Source: a virus
Lineage: Duplodnaviria; Caudoviricetes
DNA length: 64,000 bases
Direction: 5' to 3' (one strand)
Virus record (IMG/VR): IMGVR_UViG_3300021400_000379
Span: 35,639 to 99,638 of that record
The position numbers were made by a program, and so were the translations under genes. Below, piece by piece: positions 28,828 through 38,547 of the stretch. How positions within the stretch are numbered: position 1 is the first letter of the stretch; each line of letters starts with the position of its first letter. Below the pieces are notes generated by a model. It searched no databases. It saw nothing but the letters and a program-made list of their open reading frames with translations, and was not told the DNA's origin.

Positions 28828-29939
28828 CAGAGTCCGCTCCTGTACTGAGAATTGGAGACCTCTTCGTGGAGCACATCCCTCACGATCTGCTTGACCTCCT
28901 CAGTGGTGAATCCATTGATTGTCGTGTAATACGTATTTCCTCCGCCATATCCACCTGACAGTAGTTTGGACTTGGGCATTACGACCTCGTCCTCGTGCTC
29001 TGCTACCCTTATAACCTGTCCCCCGGATACGTGAGCGTACTCACCGCCATCGGCATTGCTGAACAAGGCAGATCCTGCCGCGAAGCCCACTGCCGCGCCT
29101 GTCGCAGCAGCTGCCGCTCCCCAAATCGGGCCTGCCGCCGCGCCTATCGTCGCTGCGATTTGTGCGGCCTGATATGCGATGATGAGCGGGATCCAGATAT
29201 GCATATTGTCGGCGAATACCTTGAAAATCTTGAATAATGTCTCTAGGATTCCAGCCAGTTTTCCGCTCTCCAACAACCCGCCGAGCCAATTGAACAAGCT
29301 TCCCACGGACTCCAGGAGCGTGTCACCCGAATCGGTAAAAATCTTACCGATATCCTTCAGATATTCTCCGATAAGCTGGAGACCCTCTGACATCACCAGA
29401 CTGATAATGCTCTTAAGGTCTCCCTGTCCCGCATACTGTTCGAATCTGGACCATAACTTCAGAACGTTATCGACCAAATCTATCGTGCTGGGCAGAATCA
29501 CCTCTGCAATGGCATTGCCGAGGGGCATCAGCAACAGTGTCACGGCGAGGTTGAACAGATTCTCTACCGCAGCGAGGAATGCAGAGGACTGTTTCACCCT
29601 CGCATGAATTTCCTTGATAATTCCGAAAATTCCATTGAAGGTCTGTTGCGCAAGGTTAAATCCTGTCTTGGCGATCGTACCTACCGCACGGATTGTAGCT
29701 ATCTTTTTGGACTCGTCTCCGGTCTTACCAGTCTTTGGTTTGTCGCCAGAAGACTCGTCGCCACTACTAGTTGTACTAGACTGTCCCTTATTCTCTCCGT
29801 TCGTAGTACTGAACGAAATCTTGCTCTCCCCAAGTGCTGCGGTCACCGCTTGTTTGATCTGCTGGGTAAGCGCGTCGATATCCAACTTAGGGGTAATCTT
29901 GATTGCCAGTGTCTTCTCTACGCTTCCCTCAGCCATCAT
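28827..29939 (-). CDS. Short tape measure protein
   Basis: Ala/Leu-rich helices; C-terminal ADGG...VAE..DEVVMP motif; follows the chaperone pair. Confidence 0.75.
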   Translation of the reverse strand: MMAEGSVEKTLAIKITPKLDIDALTQQIKQAVTAALGESKISFSTTNGENKGQSSTTSSGDESSGDKPKTGKTGDESKKIATIRAVGTIAKTGFNLAQQTFNGIFGIIKEIHARVKQSSAFLAAVENLFNLAVTLLLMPLGNAIAEVILPSTIDLVDNVLKLWSRFEQYAGQGDLKSIISLVMSEGLQLIGEYLKDIGKIFTDSGDTLLESVGSLFNWLGGLLESGKLAGILETLFKIFKVFADNMHIWIPLIIAYQAAQIAATIGAAAGPIWGAAAAATGAAVGFAAGSALFSNADGGEYAHVSGGQVIRVAEHEDEVVMPKSKLLSGGYGGGNTYYTTINGFTTEEVKQIVRDVLHEEVSNSQYRSGL

Positions 29940-30189
29940 CCTCACTTCCGAACATTCCCGCAATCATCTTGGATAGGTCTATGAGCTCCTTCTTCTTGGT
30001 TCCTGTATACGCTATGAGCATTATCTGGATGTCCGTATAGGACAGGCTCATGAATCCCTCAGGAGTCCCGCCGTTCGCGAGGTAGATACCGTAAGCATAC
30101 AATATCGCGGACTTGCCCCTGAGGTCATCATGGATGATGGCATCCTCAAAGACATACGTTCCTATGTCCTGATCTCCGTCCGGACTCAA
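29929..30189 (-). CDS. Tail assembly chaperone, frameshifted (gpGT-like) C-terminal part
   Basis: In the -1 frame relative to 30186-30554; TPEGFMSL motif. Confidence 0.7.
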   Translation of the reverse strand: MSPDGDQDIGTYVFEDAIIHDDLRGKSAILYAYGIYLANGGTPEGFMSLSYTDIQIMLIAYTGTKKKELIDLSKMIAGMFGSEDDG

Positions 30190-30554
30190 CTCTCCAAAGG
30201 GCTGGGTTGGCCGAGAACCTCCTGAACCGCGCTCTGCATCTCCTCGAACAGCTTCAGACTGGCTCCGGGGGTCACCTCTTCGAGAGTGTCACAGTATTTC
30301 ATGAACGAGTCATATGTCTGACTGAATGGCGCCTTCCTTACATATTTCAGCACCATGATAATCTCGAGGTCGCCCGCGTCAATATGCTCCTCGTATTGGG
30401 CATCTGTTTCCTCCCCCTCCATCTTGACCTTTACCATCCTGCGGCTGACCTCATTCTTGGTGATAGCCTCGTTTCTCAGCGAGACGTCCCCGCAAATCAC
30501 AACTTGTCCGTTTCCTCCGTACTTGCTCAGGTCAATATATTTCATGTTGGTCAT
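30186..30554 (-). CDS. Tail assembly chaperone (gpG-like)
   Basis: Lies between tail tube and tape measure genes; ends in slippery C-CCT-TTG. Confidence 0.7.
   Translation of the reverse strand: MTNMKYIDLSKYGGNGQVVICGDVSLRNEAITKNEVSRRMVKVKMEGEETDAQYEEHIDAGDLEIIMVLKYVRKAPFSQTYDSFMKYCDTLEEVTPGASLKLFEEMQSAVQEVLGQPSPLES
30195..30201 (-). promoter_or_regulatory. -1 ribosomal frameshift heptamer CCCTTTG
   Basis: X-XXY-YYZ pattern just before the stop; the -1 frame is open into the next ORF. Confidence 0.75.
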
Positions 30555-30563
30555 GTGTCTTCC

Positions 30564-32039
30564 TCAGTTATTCCGTAATGCCTCGTTCTTGTTCCCGGTC
30601 TTTCTCCAAATCATATTATCTGGTTTGATGTTCAGGTTATACCTGCTGTCCGCGGGAGTCTCATAATCCTCCACGTCCGAGAGAACCTCCAGCCACATCT
30701 CTCTGCATTCTGCGGATGTAAGGTTATCCATCAGTTTGGAGGAATCTCCTCTCTCCAAGGACATCTGTTTGAATACGACGTCATCCACCATCAGGGAGAA
30801 TTTGAAATCAGCCTCTTGGATGGTAGATCCTAAGTCTTTTCCAGCTTCGATGTCCCTACAGGTATCATAGGATACGATAGATGCTTGGTCCATCGGATAC
30901 AGATTCTTACATAGGGGAGTCTTCAGGTATCCATAGGGCCCTTTGGCTGTCGCTCCGGGTGTACTTGGGTCAACGACCATGCCGTACTCATTCTCGTATA
31001 TCGTCACGGTATCGTAATTCGGCATCCACTCGGCCGCTTTCTGACCTCCTGTGAATACTCTATCCCTGAATGTAGCGTCCTTTGAATAGAGGTTCACGGT
31101 CAGCTCGTAGTCTGATTTCCCTTCCTGGTAATTGGTCATAACAGGCCCACAGGTACTGTAGACCTTTGTAGCATTGTTCTTGATGTTCGCCCTAAGTGAC
31201 TGGACGTCAGAGATATATGTATCCGTTCCTGCGGTCCAACTGTCAAACAGGCAGGCATACATGACGTGCTCCCCATTATAGGCGTTGTATTCGGTGGTAT
31301 CCAGGAAAGGTACCAACTTCTTGAACGGTTTATATGCGAAGCCAGACATATTGACTTGTATCTGCGACGCGCCCGCGGTAGCGGAGATTGCCCATTCCGT
31401 GCAGACCGCACCATAGACCTCAAGAATCTCATCACCGTGCTTACCTCCAACCTGATGATTGAGCTGGAGCCTGCGGAAACACATAGTAGGTACGCGCTTG
31501 ATATCGCTCTTCTTAAAGGTGTGCTTGTAGATCTTCTTGATCTCCACAGGGGTTGACAGAGTCGTGTCCACGCCTCCCTCGGATGCGACCGTCACCTTAT
31601 ATTTGGTCCCGTCCTTTACCACAGTCACCCCGTAACTCTCTCCTGTATCAGAAACATGGTTGAAGGACCCGACATAGGGGTCTTCCTCTTGAGTATACTT
31701 CTCGGACAGTAACAGAAAACGGGTCTTGTAATTATTCGGGTTGACATATGAAAATCCGTAGCTTGCATGCTCATAATGCTCAAATGCGCCGAGGAACATC
31801 TCAAGCATCTCATAGTCCGCGGTGAATGTCGCGGACCAGTTCACATAATGCCCTCCGTATGCGATATAGTCGAATCTCTTCGTACCCATCGCGTCCATCC
31901 TGTTAGTGGAGCGGATAGGGGTAATCGTGATGAAGAAGTTAGGTGGGCAAATGAGCCACCCATTTGTTTTAGTTGGCCCTTCTCCGGGTTTGTTCTCAAA
32001 CCCGAATGCCGAACCTAATCTTATCCCGGACATGTTCAA
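30564..32039 (-). CDS. Major tail tube protein
   Basis: 491 aa; typical position; N-terminal FGFE..PGE motif. Confidence 0.7.
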   Translation of the reverse strand: MNMSGIRLGSAFGFENKPGEGPTKTNGWLICPPNFFITITPIRSTNRMDAMGTKRFDYIAYGGHYVNWSATFTADYEMLEMFLGAFEHYEHASYGFSYVNPNNYKTRFLLLSEKYTQEEDPYVGSFNHVSDTGESYGVTVVKDGTKYKVTVASEGGVDTTLSTPVEIKKIYKHTFKKSDIKRVPTMCFRRLQLNHQVGGKHGDEILEVYGAVCTEWAISATAGASQIQVNMSGFAYKPFKKLVPFLDTTEYNAYNGEHVMYACLFDSWTAGTDTYISDVQSLRANIKNNATKVYSTCGPVMTNYQEGKSDYELTVNLYSKDATFRDRVFTGGQKAAEWMPNYDTVTIYENEYGMVVDPSTPGATAKGPYGYLKTPLCKNLYPMDQASIVSYDTCRDIEAGKDLGSTIQEADFKFSLMVDDVVFKQMSLERGDSSKLMDNLTSAECREMWLEVLSDVEDYETPADSRYNLNIKPDNMIWRKTGNKNEALRNN

Positions 32040-32545
32040 TCACCTGTGGTATTGTTCGCTAAATTGTCTAAAGCTTTATTAATCCTATCGCCAAATCCTG
32101 CCGACCTGATTGGCTTGTTGTATCTGGTCATCTTTACATCAAAAGTTGTGACGTAGTACGCGGTAAGGTCGTTGGACTCTCTTTCTCCCTCAACCTCCAG
32201 GAACAGATAGTCTCCTAACGCGGGATGGTGCCTACGATTGGCAAGGAGAATCCTATATACTTCTTGGCACCACCTGATATGGTTCTCCCTCTTAGGATTG
32301 GAAACTCTTATCCCAAGATGGGAGTCTCTCTGTACCGCCTGATAATCTACTGCGGAAATCCTATTGGTCCCAGAGATCCTATACACATAAATCCCACCCG
32401 TACGAGTCGACATATAGAACCCATGAGGGTCATATTCTACATTAGGTGAATTCTGGGGGCCGAGAGACCACTCTTTCTTGATCAGGTCTGCAAGTATCTT
32501 CGCCTCGTCATAATAGAATGGCTGTTCCTCCACGGGGTCCATCAT
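32036..32545 (-). CDS. Putative tail terminator/completion protein
   Basis: Size and position between the neck and tail tube genes. Confidence 0.55.
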   Translation of the reverse strand: MMDPVEEQPFYYDEAKILADLIKKEWSLGPQNSPNVEYDPHGFYMSTRTGGIYVYRISGTNRISAVDYQAVQRDSHLGIRVSNPKRENHIRWCQEVYRILLANRRHHPALGDYLFLEVEGERESNDLTAYYVTTFDVKMTRYNKPIRSAGFGDRINKALDNLANNTTGD

Positions 32546-32549
32546 AGTC

Positions 32550-33500
32550 TCACCTCATCAGAGAATAGACCGATCCGGGCCTCTGGTACGACGCGTAAAT
32601 CGTATTCTCCTCTTCCTTCCAACCCGTAAGCATAGCTTCCTTAATCTTGGATATATCTCCGCCCGTGCCAAGCCTGACATTATATGCCTGCATATTGAGT
32701 ACCTGGGCTGCAGTCATGATACATGCCAGCCTATTGATTGCGGGTGGGAGCTCATCGGGAGGTGCCCCCCACCTATAGGAGATTTTCATCGCTTGAGCCG
32801 CTGGCATATACACACGCCTCTTGATGAACAGCCTTCCGTTAGGCCTGTCAATCCAGAATGTATTATTGAGTACATCGGCGGCAAGCAGGTTATCGAAGGT
32901 CCAGATGGAGTCTGAGTCTGAATCTTCTCCGATCATAGTGTCCTGATCTATATTCTGCCAGGACATATCATACCAAATGTTGTTATGGGTACGGACGAGC
33001 AATTTGTCTCTGTAAATGACCTCTCTTCCGGTAATCGGAATCTTACCCTCCGCGTCCCTTACTCCGATCTCATCTATGAAATACTCTTTCCCGTTGTGTA
33101 TGCCGACCCGACCTACTGCCAGCTTCTTGATGTCCTCGACGTACCATGTCTCGGATTCCTCTTTACATACTGGGGTGGGGTCCCAAGGGAGTATATCTTT
33201 TCTTAGCTGGACATAATTTCCGCCTTGACGGTAATACTCCATGCGCCAAGCGTTCTCGTCTTGCCAATATTTAGGGATGTTCAACGTGCGGTCTTTAACA
33301 TAATTGACTCTCCACGACCTTTTCAAACGCCTGTCGATGATGTCTTCATTAGAACAAATCATCCTACAGACTTGCTTGTAGGATGGATGAGTCATATCTG
33401 TGAACGTGAAATAACCATAATTGTCATCGGGGTCGGATGGGAGGTCTAGCGTCTCCGCAACCTCGTCCGGTGTACAATAGGTCGGTTCCATATCTATCAT
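32550..33500 (-). CDS. Head-tail adaptor (neck) protein
   Basis: N-terminal YCTPDEVAE and ISYRWG...LPPAINRLACIMTA. Confidence 0.7.
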   Translation of the reverse strand: MIDMEPTYCTPDEVAETLDLPSDPDDNYGYFTFTDMTHPSYKQVCRMICSNEDIIDRRLKRSWRVNYVKDRTLNIPKYWQDENAWRMEYYRQGGNYVQLRKDILPWDPTPVCKEESETWYVEDIKKLAVGRVGIHNGKEYFIDEIGVRDAEGKIPITGREVIYRDKLLVRTHNNIWYDMSWQNIDQDTMIGEDSDSDSIWTFDNLLAADVLNNTFWIDRPNGRLFIKRRVYMPAAQAMKISYRWGAPPDELPPAINRLACIMTAAQVLNMQAYNVRLGTGGDISKIKEAMLTGWKEEENTIYASYQRPGSVYSLMR

Positions 33501-33531
33501 AATTATGATAGTGTGGTCTTAATATATATTA

Positions 33532-33717
33532 TCAAAGTGTTTTTATGGTGAAAATGCGACCATCCGGGCAGGAGACTGTGGTTATACCATCAATCTCCTG
33601 CAGGATGCAGTTCTGCCCAAATAATGCTTCGGCGACTATGAATGAGTCTTCGATATCAAGGTCTACTTTTCTTATAGCATCGGCGCTTCCCGTTGCGGGG
33701 CATATTATCCAGATCAT
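33532..33717 (-). CDS. Hypothetical protein
   Basis: 61-aa ORF filling the end of the operon. Confidence 0.45.
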   Translation of the reverse strand: MIWIICPATGSADAIRKVDLDIEDSFIVAEALFGQNCILQEIDGITTVSCPDGRIFTIKTL

Positions 33718-33946
33718 CAGTAATAATCACAAATCCCTCTGACCCTGCCTCATGTTTAGCCATCTCAAATAATATCTCATTTAACATATCTTTAATTGAG
33801 ACCAATTGATTTCTGGTCAGCAGGATGCAGATCTTCTTACCTTCCTTGTGGAAGATTAAGTTACTCCTATATCCTTCTTTCTTTGTCCAAGTACTCTCTG
33901 CGGTTACTGCAACCACGTTCTTCATCTTAACATTCTTCTTACTCAT
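33656..33946 (-). CDS. Hypothetical protein
   Basis: GAGGA RBS; overlaps the upstream stop. Confidence 0.6.
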   Translation of the reverse strand: MSKKNVKMKNVVAVTAESTWTKKEGYRSNLIFHKEGKKICILLTRNQLVSIKDMLNEILFEMAKHEAGSEGFVIITDDLDNMPRNGKRRCYKKSRP

Positions 33947-34091
33947 CTTGCATTCCTCTCAAAAGTTCCTCTATAATTTCCCTGATATCCCACATTGCTT
34001 CTGAAAGGTCTGTATACCCTTCAATGCTGTCATCGGCAATTTCTTGTATCCTGACCAAGCTGGCATAATGGGATTTTTCTGAATTATTCAT
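33939..34091 (-). CDS. Small hypothetical protein (50 aa)
   Basis: MNNSEKSHY...GMQDE; fills the gap and overlaps the next start. Confidence 0.55.
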   Translation of the reverse strand: MNNSEKSHYASLVRIQEIADDSIEGYTDLSEAMWDIREIIEELLRGMQDE

Positions 34092-34119
34092 ACGTCGTAA
34101 TATCCTTCACAGTATATCA

Positions 34120-34413
34120 TCAATCGCTCTCGTCAAAGCCCTCGACTGACTCGAGTACTTCTCTGACATCCTCGGCGGAACGGGCTACTATGTATATTCC
34201 GCCAGCTTCACGTATCTCTCTCATCCGTCTTTTTTGTATAGGGCTTTGAACTCCCGTGGGAGTTTTGCCTTCGATGGCAATATACCTCCCACGGAAGCAG
34301 GCTACTATGTCTGGGTCGCCTGGTTTGCTGTATCCGCCACCAGTCACAGCAGACCAGAACGCACCCACGGATTCAAGGTACTTCTTGATCTCCTTCTTTA
34401 TATCCGACTCCAA
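34120..34413 (-). CDS. VRR-NUC / Holliday-junction-resolvase-like nuclease
   Basis: ESDI, GDPDI, IEGK, SPIQ PD-(D/E)xK motifs. Confidence 0.9.
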   Translation of the reverse strand: MESDIKKEIKKYLESVGAFWSAVTGGGYSKPGDPDIVACFRGRYIAIEGKTPTGVQSPIQKRRMREIREAGGIYIVARSAEDVREVLESVEGFDESD

Positions 34414-34669
34414 GGTCTCCCCTCGGAACTACTTCCAGCTCTACTGCATCACCCTTCTCGAAGCCCCAGATCTTATCAAGATAAATCATGGTAGCTCCGT
34501 TACAGTTCACCACTTTCTTAGTGGTGACCACTGTATGTGTGGGGTCATCCGATGCAGTAATCCTCACTTGTACGAGATCTCCCGCGGATAGGCCATATAA
34601 CCTATTGAGGAAGACGCACAGTGCGTGCCCGTTCACGGTGACGATTTTGGTGTCTCTATATGGCTCCAT
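34373..34669 (-). CDS. Tandem AbrB/SpoVT-like DNA-binding protein
   Basis: Two repeats (KIV...YGLSAGDLVQV and KVV...WGFEKGDAVEL). Confidence 0.65.
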   Translation of the reverse strand: MEPYRDTKIVTVNGHALCVFLNRLYGLSAGDLVQVRITASDDPTHTVVTTKKVVNCNGATMIYLDKIWGFEKGDAVELEVVPRGDLGVGYKEGDQEVP

Positions 34670-34670
34670 C

Positions 34671-35216
34671 TCATTCGTCCTTGGGTTCCTCTGTGGAGTT
34701 GAGGTAATTTACTGCTTCATCATCACAGCCCTCGTAGTACTGATCTATCTTCGAGAATTCAACCACGAAGTCTACGGGAGCAGGGGCGTACTCCTTGATT
34801 CCGTATGCAACGCCGGGCTCACCGTTCTGCTTGGTGTAGTTCCTGGCTTCAACGATTCCGACAACGACTCCGCCGACGATATTCTCGGGATTGGGGAGTT
34901 TACCGCTGGCACGGAATGCAGGCCCTGCAAGCGCAGCTCCGAGAGAGATGAGGGTGTCTTTGGTAAACTTGTTAGGGAAACGGGAGCCGGTGCTCTTGCT
35001 TTTAGAAGTCAGGTGATATTTGTTGGAGACGTATGCCCCGCCCTGGATATCCCTAAGCACAACCCTATAGATCGGGTCGTCAGGAACAGACTCATCAATC
35101 TCCGCACCGGTAATCATCATGAACCTGTTTCCGGGGGTGGGCTCTACATAATCTTCGTTCTCAATATTCTCGTATTTCCAACTTGTGTGTGTATACATTG
35201 TCATTGCCTCTTTCAT
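34671..35216 (-). CDS. Putative ssDNA-binding protein (DUF669-like)
   Basis: PTPG...ITGAE N-terminus, acidic tail, located next to recombination genes. Confidence 0.5.
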   Translation of the reverse strand: MKEAMTMYTHTSWKYENIENEDYVEPTPGNRFMMITGAEIDESVPDDPIYRVVLRDIQGGAYVSNKYHLTSKSKSTGSRFPNKFTKDTLISLGAALAGPAFRASGKLPNPENIVGGVVVGIVEARNYTKQNGEPGVAYGIKEYAPAPVDFVVEFSKIDQYYEGCDDEAVNYLNSTEEPKDE

Positions 35217-36325
35217 TGAGTAATATGTTTTTTGGTAGACTTGAACGAGAAGGCATAGCTGGTCTTCTCAGTCTTGTATTTGGCAGGGTCGATACCATCC
35301 GAGATCATCTTTCCCTCGTCCCACCCGTAGGTGGTTCTCTGGGAGATGGTCGCCTTGTATTGGTGGACATCGTCAACCTGTTCAAGTATATTATTGGAGA
35401 CCATGAAATCCTTCATGTACTCCTTCATTGCCTTGATGTGCTCTTCCAATGCGTCGATACCGTACTTGTATCTCTTGGCCTCGAGGTCAGCTTCCGCAGT
35501 TGCAAGGTCGGCCATCATCTTCTCTCTCTGCTGGGCGTTCGCTGCCAGCCTGACAAGATGGTTATAAAGTTCGATGTCTTTTGCATTGGTAGGATCATAG
35601 TCGGGAGTGACGCCATTTTTGATATAGGTATCATACCACGCCCTGATCTCCGCCATTTTGTTCTTGACATCGTCCTCATCGATGGGTTCCTCGAAGATGA
35701 AGCAATTATCCTCGGTCGCAACCCACGTCGCGGGGTTCTTATCGGTCTCCTCATTAGATATACCCAACACGAAGTATACCCTATCCTTCTTTGTCAGGAA
35801 GTAATTGTAGATTGCTACCTGCCAATAGTAGTACTCGGGCACCCCATTCTCCCAAGACTCGGTATTGATTGTCGTCTTGACCTCGAGAATGTAGTCTCCG
35901 TCGTCCTTCAGTACAATGCCGTCCACATGCCCTGCGAAGACATCATCCTCGAAGTCAGAAGCCCAACTGTCGTGGTCTCCTTCACGCTTCTCGAACACTT
36001 CTTCCGCAGAGAGGAACGCTCCGATGTCACTCCACTTCTGATCCGCATACGCGATGATCTTGGGCTCAAGAATCTGTCCGCGTTTGACAGACTTCTTGAA
36101 GGATATATCCTCTCTTGCAAGCCCAAGCAGTTCACAGGCAATCTGGAATGGGGTCTTCCATGGCGAGCAATTGAGAATGCCCGCCATTGATGTACCGGTA
36201 ACCTTCTTGGCTACGGACTTATCGGTGACAAGGTGCATTCCCTCGACCGTGTATCCGCATTCTGGCGCTTTGAACATAATATCACATTGCGAGTTTGCGG
36301 TATTTGATGATGAACATGTCTGCAC
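35213..36325 (-). CDS. YqaJ-like viral exonuclease/recombinase
   Basis: TGTSMAGILNCSPWKTP, GQILEP, HVDG, LEVKT, VPEYYYWQV. Confidence 0.9.
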   Translation of the reverse strand: MQTCSSSNTANSQCDIMFKAPECGYTVEGMHLVTDKSVAKKVTGTSMAGILNCSPWKTPFQIACELLGLAREDISFKKSVKRGQILEPKIIAYADQKWSDIGAFLSAEEVFEKREGDHDSWASDFEDDVFAGHVDGIVLKDDGDYILEVKTTINTESWENGVPEYYYWQVAIYNYFLTKKDRVYFVLGISNEETDKNPATWVATEDNCFIFEEPIDEDDVKNKMAEIRAWYDTYIKNGVTPDYDPTNAKDIELYNHLVRLAANAQQREKMMADLATAEADLEAKRYKYGIDALEEHIKAMKEYMKDFMVSNNILEQVDDVHQYKATISQRTTYGWDEGKMISDGIDPAKYKTEKTSYAFSFKSTKKHITQ

Positions 36326-37112
36326 TGCGCTTATCCGTGATGGTGCCCATCGCGGCTTTCACTTCATCATACTCTTCAGCGGCAATCTCGCCCTTCTTAT
36401 TCTTGGCCTCAAGCTTTTCAAGGAGGTTTGCGAGAATCCTGGCGGTAGTTTCAGGAATATCTGCTGCATATGTGGACTCGGGAGCCGGTTCCGGGGCGAC
36501 GGGTTCGGGAGTTGCAACTTCATCCGCTTTGGGTGCAGGTGCAACGGGTGCAGGAGTAGGAGCAGGAGCAGCAGGTGCTGGTGCAGGGGCAGGGGCAGGG
36601 GTGGGTTTAGCCTTCACGGCAGCCTCTTTTACCTTAGCCACGGACGCCACCTTCTCGGCAGGTGTGCGGAGAGGTACATATGTTGCACCGGAATTATCCA
36701 TATCTGCCTCGTCGGGGTTAGTTCCGTCGGAGTTCAGGAACACGGTACTGAAGAAGCACTTCTCCGCAAAGGAGGCTGCAAAATTCAGCTTAGCATGAGT
36801 ACCATAGTAGTCGTATTCTTTATACTCATCAGAGTCCACATCCTCGATGACGATGTTCAGGTGCACGATCCATGCAGAAGGTGCAGATGCGGATCCGAGG
36901 GGTGTGGGGGGATCCATAGTAGGTGTGAAAATCAGTCTGTTCTTAGCAAACAGGGGGTTGAACACTGCTTTCATCTGGTCGAGCGTGATATAGAGGTATG
37001 TTGATTTACCCATATCCACGACTCCTTGCTTGGTCCAATCTGCGCGAGACGCGTCGTCACGCAGATTATTCAATTTTTCTTTAAAACTCAACACATTGTC
37101 AGTTTTTGTCAA
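36282..37112 (-). CDS. ERF-family ssDNA-annealing protein
   Basis: YLYITLDQM...PLFAKNRL, SFAEK; Pro/Ala linker; paired with YqaJ. Confidence 0.7.
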   Translation of the reverse strand: MTKTDNVLSFKEKLNNLRDDASRADWTKQGVVDMGKSTYLYITLDQMKAVFNPLFAKNRLIFTPTMDPPTPLGSASAPSAWIVHLNIVIEDVDSDEYKEYDYYGTHAKLNFAASFAEKCFFSTVFLNSDGTNPDEADMDNSGATYVPLRTPAEKVASVAKVKEAAVKAKPTPAPAPAPAPAAPAPTPAPVAPAPKADEVATPEPVAPEPAPESTYAADIPETTARILANLLEKLEAKNKKGEIAAEEYDEVKAAMGTITDKRSADMFIIKYRKLAM

Positions 37113-37173
37113 TATTTCACCTCACGTATAGTGATTGTATAGAGTATATATGAGTATGTATTAATAGATTTGG

Positions 37174-38547
37174 TCAGAAGCCCTCTTCTGCCCACTCTTT
37201 GATCATGTCTTCTGTATAGCTTAGACCATTACGGACCGAGTCCCATGCCTTCATCTCCACGGTCTTAGGAGTGTTGAAGATATAGTATATACACTTCTCC
37301 TTCTGGCCGGTACGGTATATCCTGCGTTTTGCCTGGGAATATGCTTCTGCTGATGGATTGGGCTCGTACATGATCATGTAATGTGCTTTATACAGATTCA
37401 GTCCCGCTCCGCCCGAGAGATACTGACAGATTATCGTATCCGCAGTACCGTACTGGAATTTCTCCCACTCAGAATCATCTTTGGTACGGCCATCTATAAT
37501 TACGGGGTGTCTACCATGCTTCTTGCAGATTGCATTCACCCTATCTATACTGGCTCTGTAATTACAGAATATTACAAGAGAACTATCCATCTCCTCGAGG
37601 ATTTCCTCTAACTTATCATCCTTAGAGGTTCTGAAGGTTAAGGTGTCATTGGCGCGTTTGATACTGCCTGAGCATATCTGCATGAGCTTGGTCCATACTG
37701 CTCCGCCGGTGTTGATGTCCACTCCATACTTCTCCACATCCATGTCCTTGAAATCTTTGTACACCTTGGATTCAACAAGCGGGCAGTCCACGGTTATCTC
37801 TGTCAATCCAGGTAGGTCTACACAATCCTCAAGCCTGCACACGATAGCATACTTCTCGAGAAGCCTCTTACATTCCGGCTCATTGTACTTCTCTATCTTA
37901 TGGAAGCGCGGATTGATCCTCGTGACGTACCTCTGCAGGAACTGGGTCCATGTAATCCACTTGAAGGGGTCCAATACCCTGATCTGCCCGTATAATTTAG
38001 AGTAATCCGGTCCTCCGCCACCGCCATGTACCGGGGTACCGGTGAATAAGAAGCGCTCCGTGGATTTCTTAGCGATCTCCCACGCGGCTTTCGACTGGAC
38101 TGAATTATGTGCACCCACATGTTGGGACTCGTCTATACATAGGATATCCCAATGTCTATCCACTTCAGGTCTGAGGGGGCGCACCTTCTTGGCATACTGG
38201 CGCCCGTTACGCTTCACTATCTCCTGCTCGGTCTTGTACATCTTCTGGTAAGTCACGACCGTCACGGCTTTCTTCAGAGCTGCAACTCCAGCCTTGGTCA
38301 CACCGTCAAACAGCAAGAGCTCGTCCATGCCCCCATACCAGTTGGCCATAATATTTTTCGGACAGACGATTAATACCTGAAGACCTGCCTGGCGTTGGAG
38401 CTTCTCATAGATATACATCAGTGCAATGGTTGTCTTACCGGTACCCATGTCGTAGAATATCCCCAAGCTGTTGGTATTCCACATCATGCCAAGAGCCAGT
38501 TCCTGATGCGCCATCAGCTTACGCTTTTCTGTCGGCATTGTCTTCAC
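37174..38547 (-). CDS. SNF2-type superfamily 2 helicase
   Basis: DMGTGKT, DESQ, TGTP, GLNL, QAKRRIYRTGQ. Confidence 0.92.
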   Translation of the reverse strand: MKTMPTEKRKLMAHQELALGMMWNTNSLGIFYDMGTGKTTIALMYIYEKLQRQAGLQVLIVCPKNIMANWYGGMDELLLFDGVTKAGVAALKKAVTVVTYQKMYKTEQEIVKRNGRQYAKKVRPLRPEVDRHWDILCIDESQHVGAHNSVQSKAAWEIAKKSTERFLFTGTPVHGGGGGPDYSKLYGQIRVLDPFKWITWTQFLQRYVTRINPRFHKIEKYNEPECKRLLEKYAIVCRLEDCVDLPGLTEITVDCPLVESKVYKDFKDMDVEKYGVDINTGGAVWTKLMQICSGSIKRANDTLTFRTSKDDKLEEILEEMDSSLVIFCNYRASIDRVNAICKKHGRHPVIIDGRTKDDSEWEKFQYGTADTIICQYLSGGAGLNLYKAHYMIMYEPNPSAEAYSQAKRRIYRTGQKEKCIYYIFNTPKTVEMKAWDSVRNGLSYTEDMIKEWAEEGF

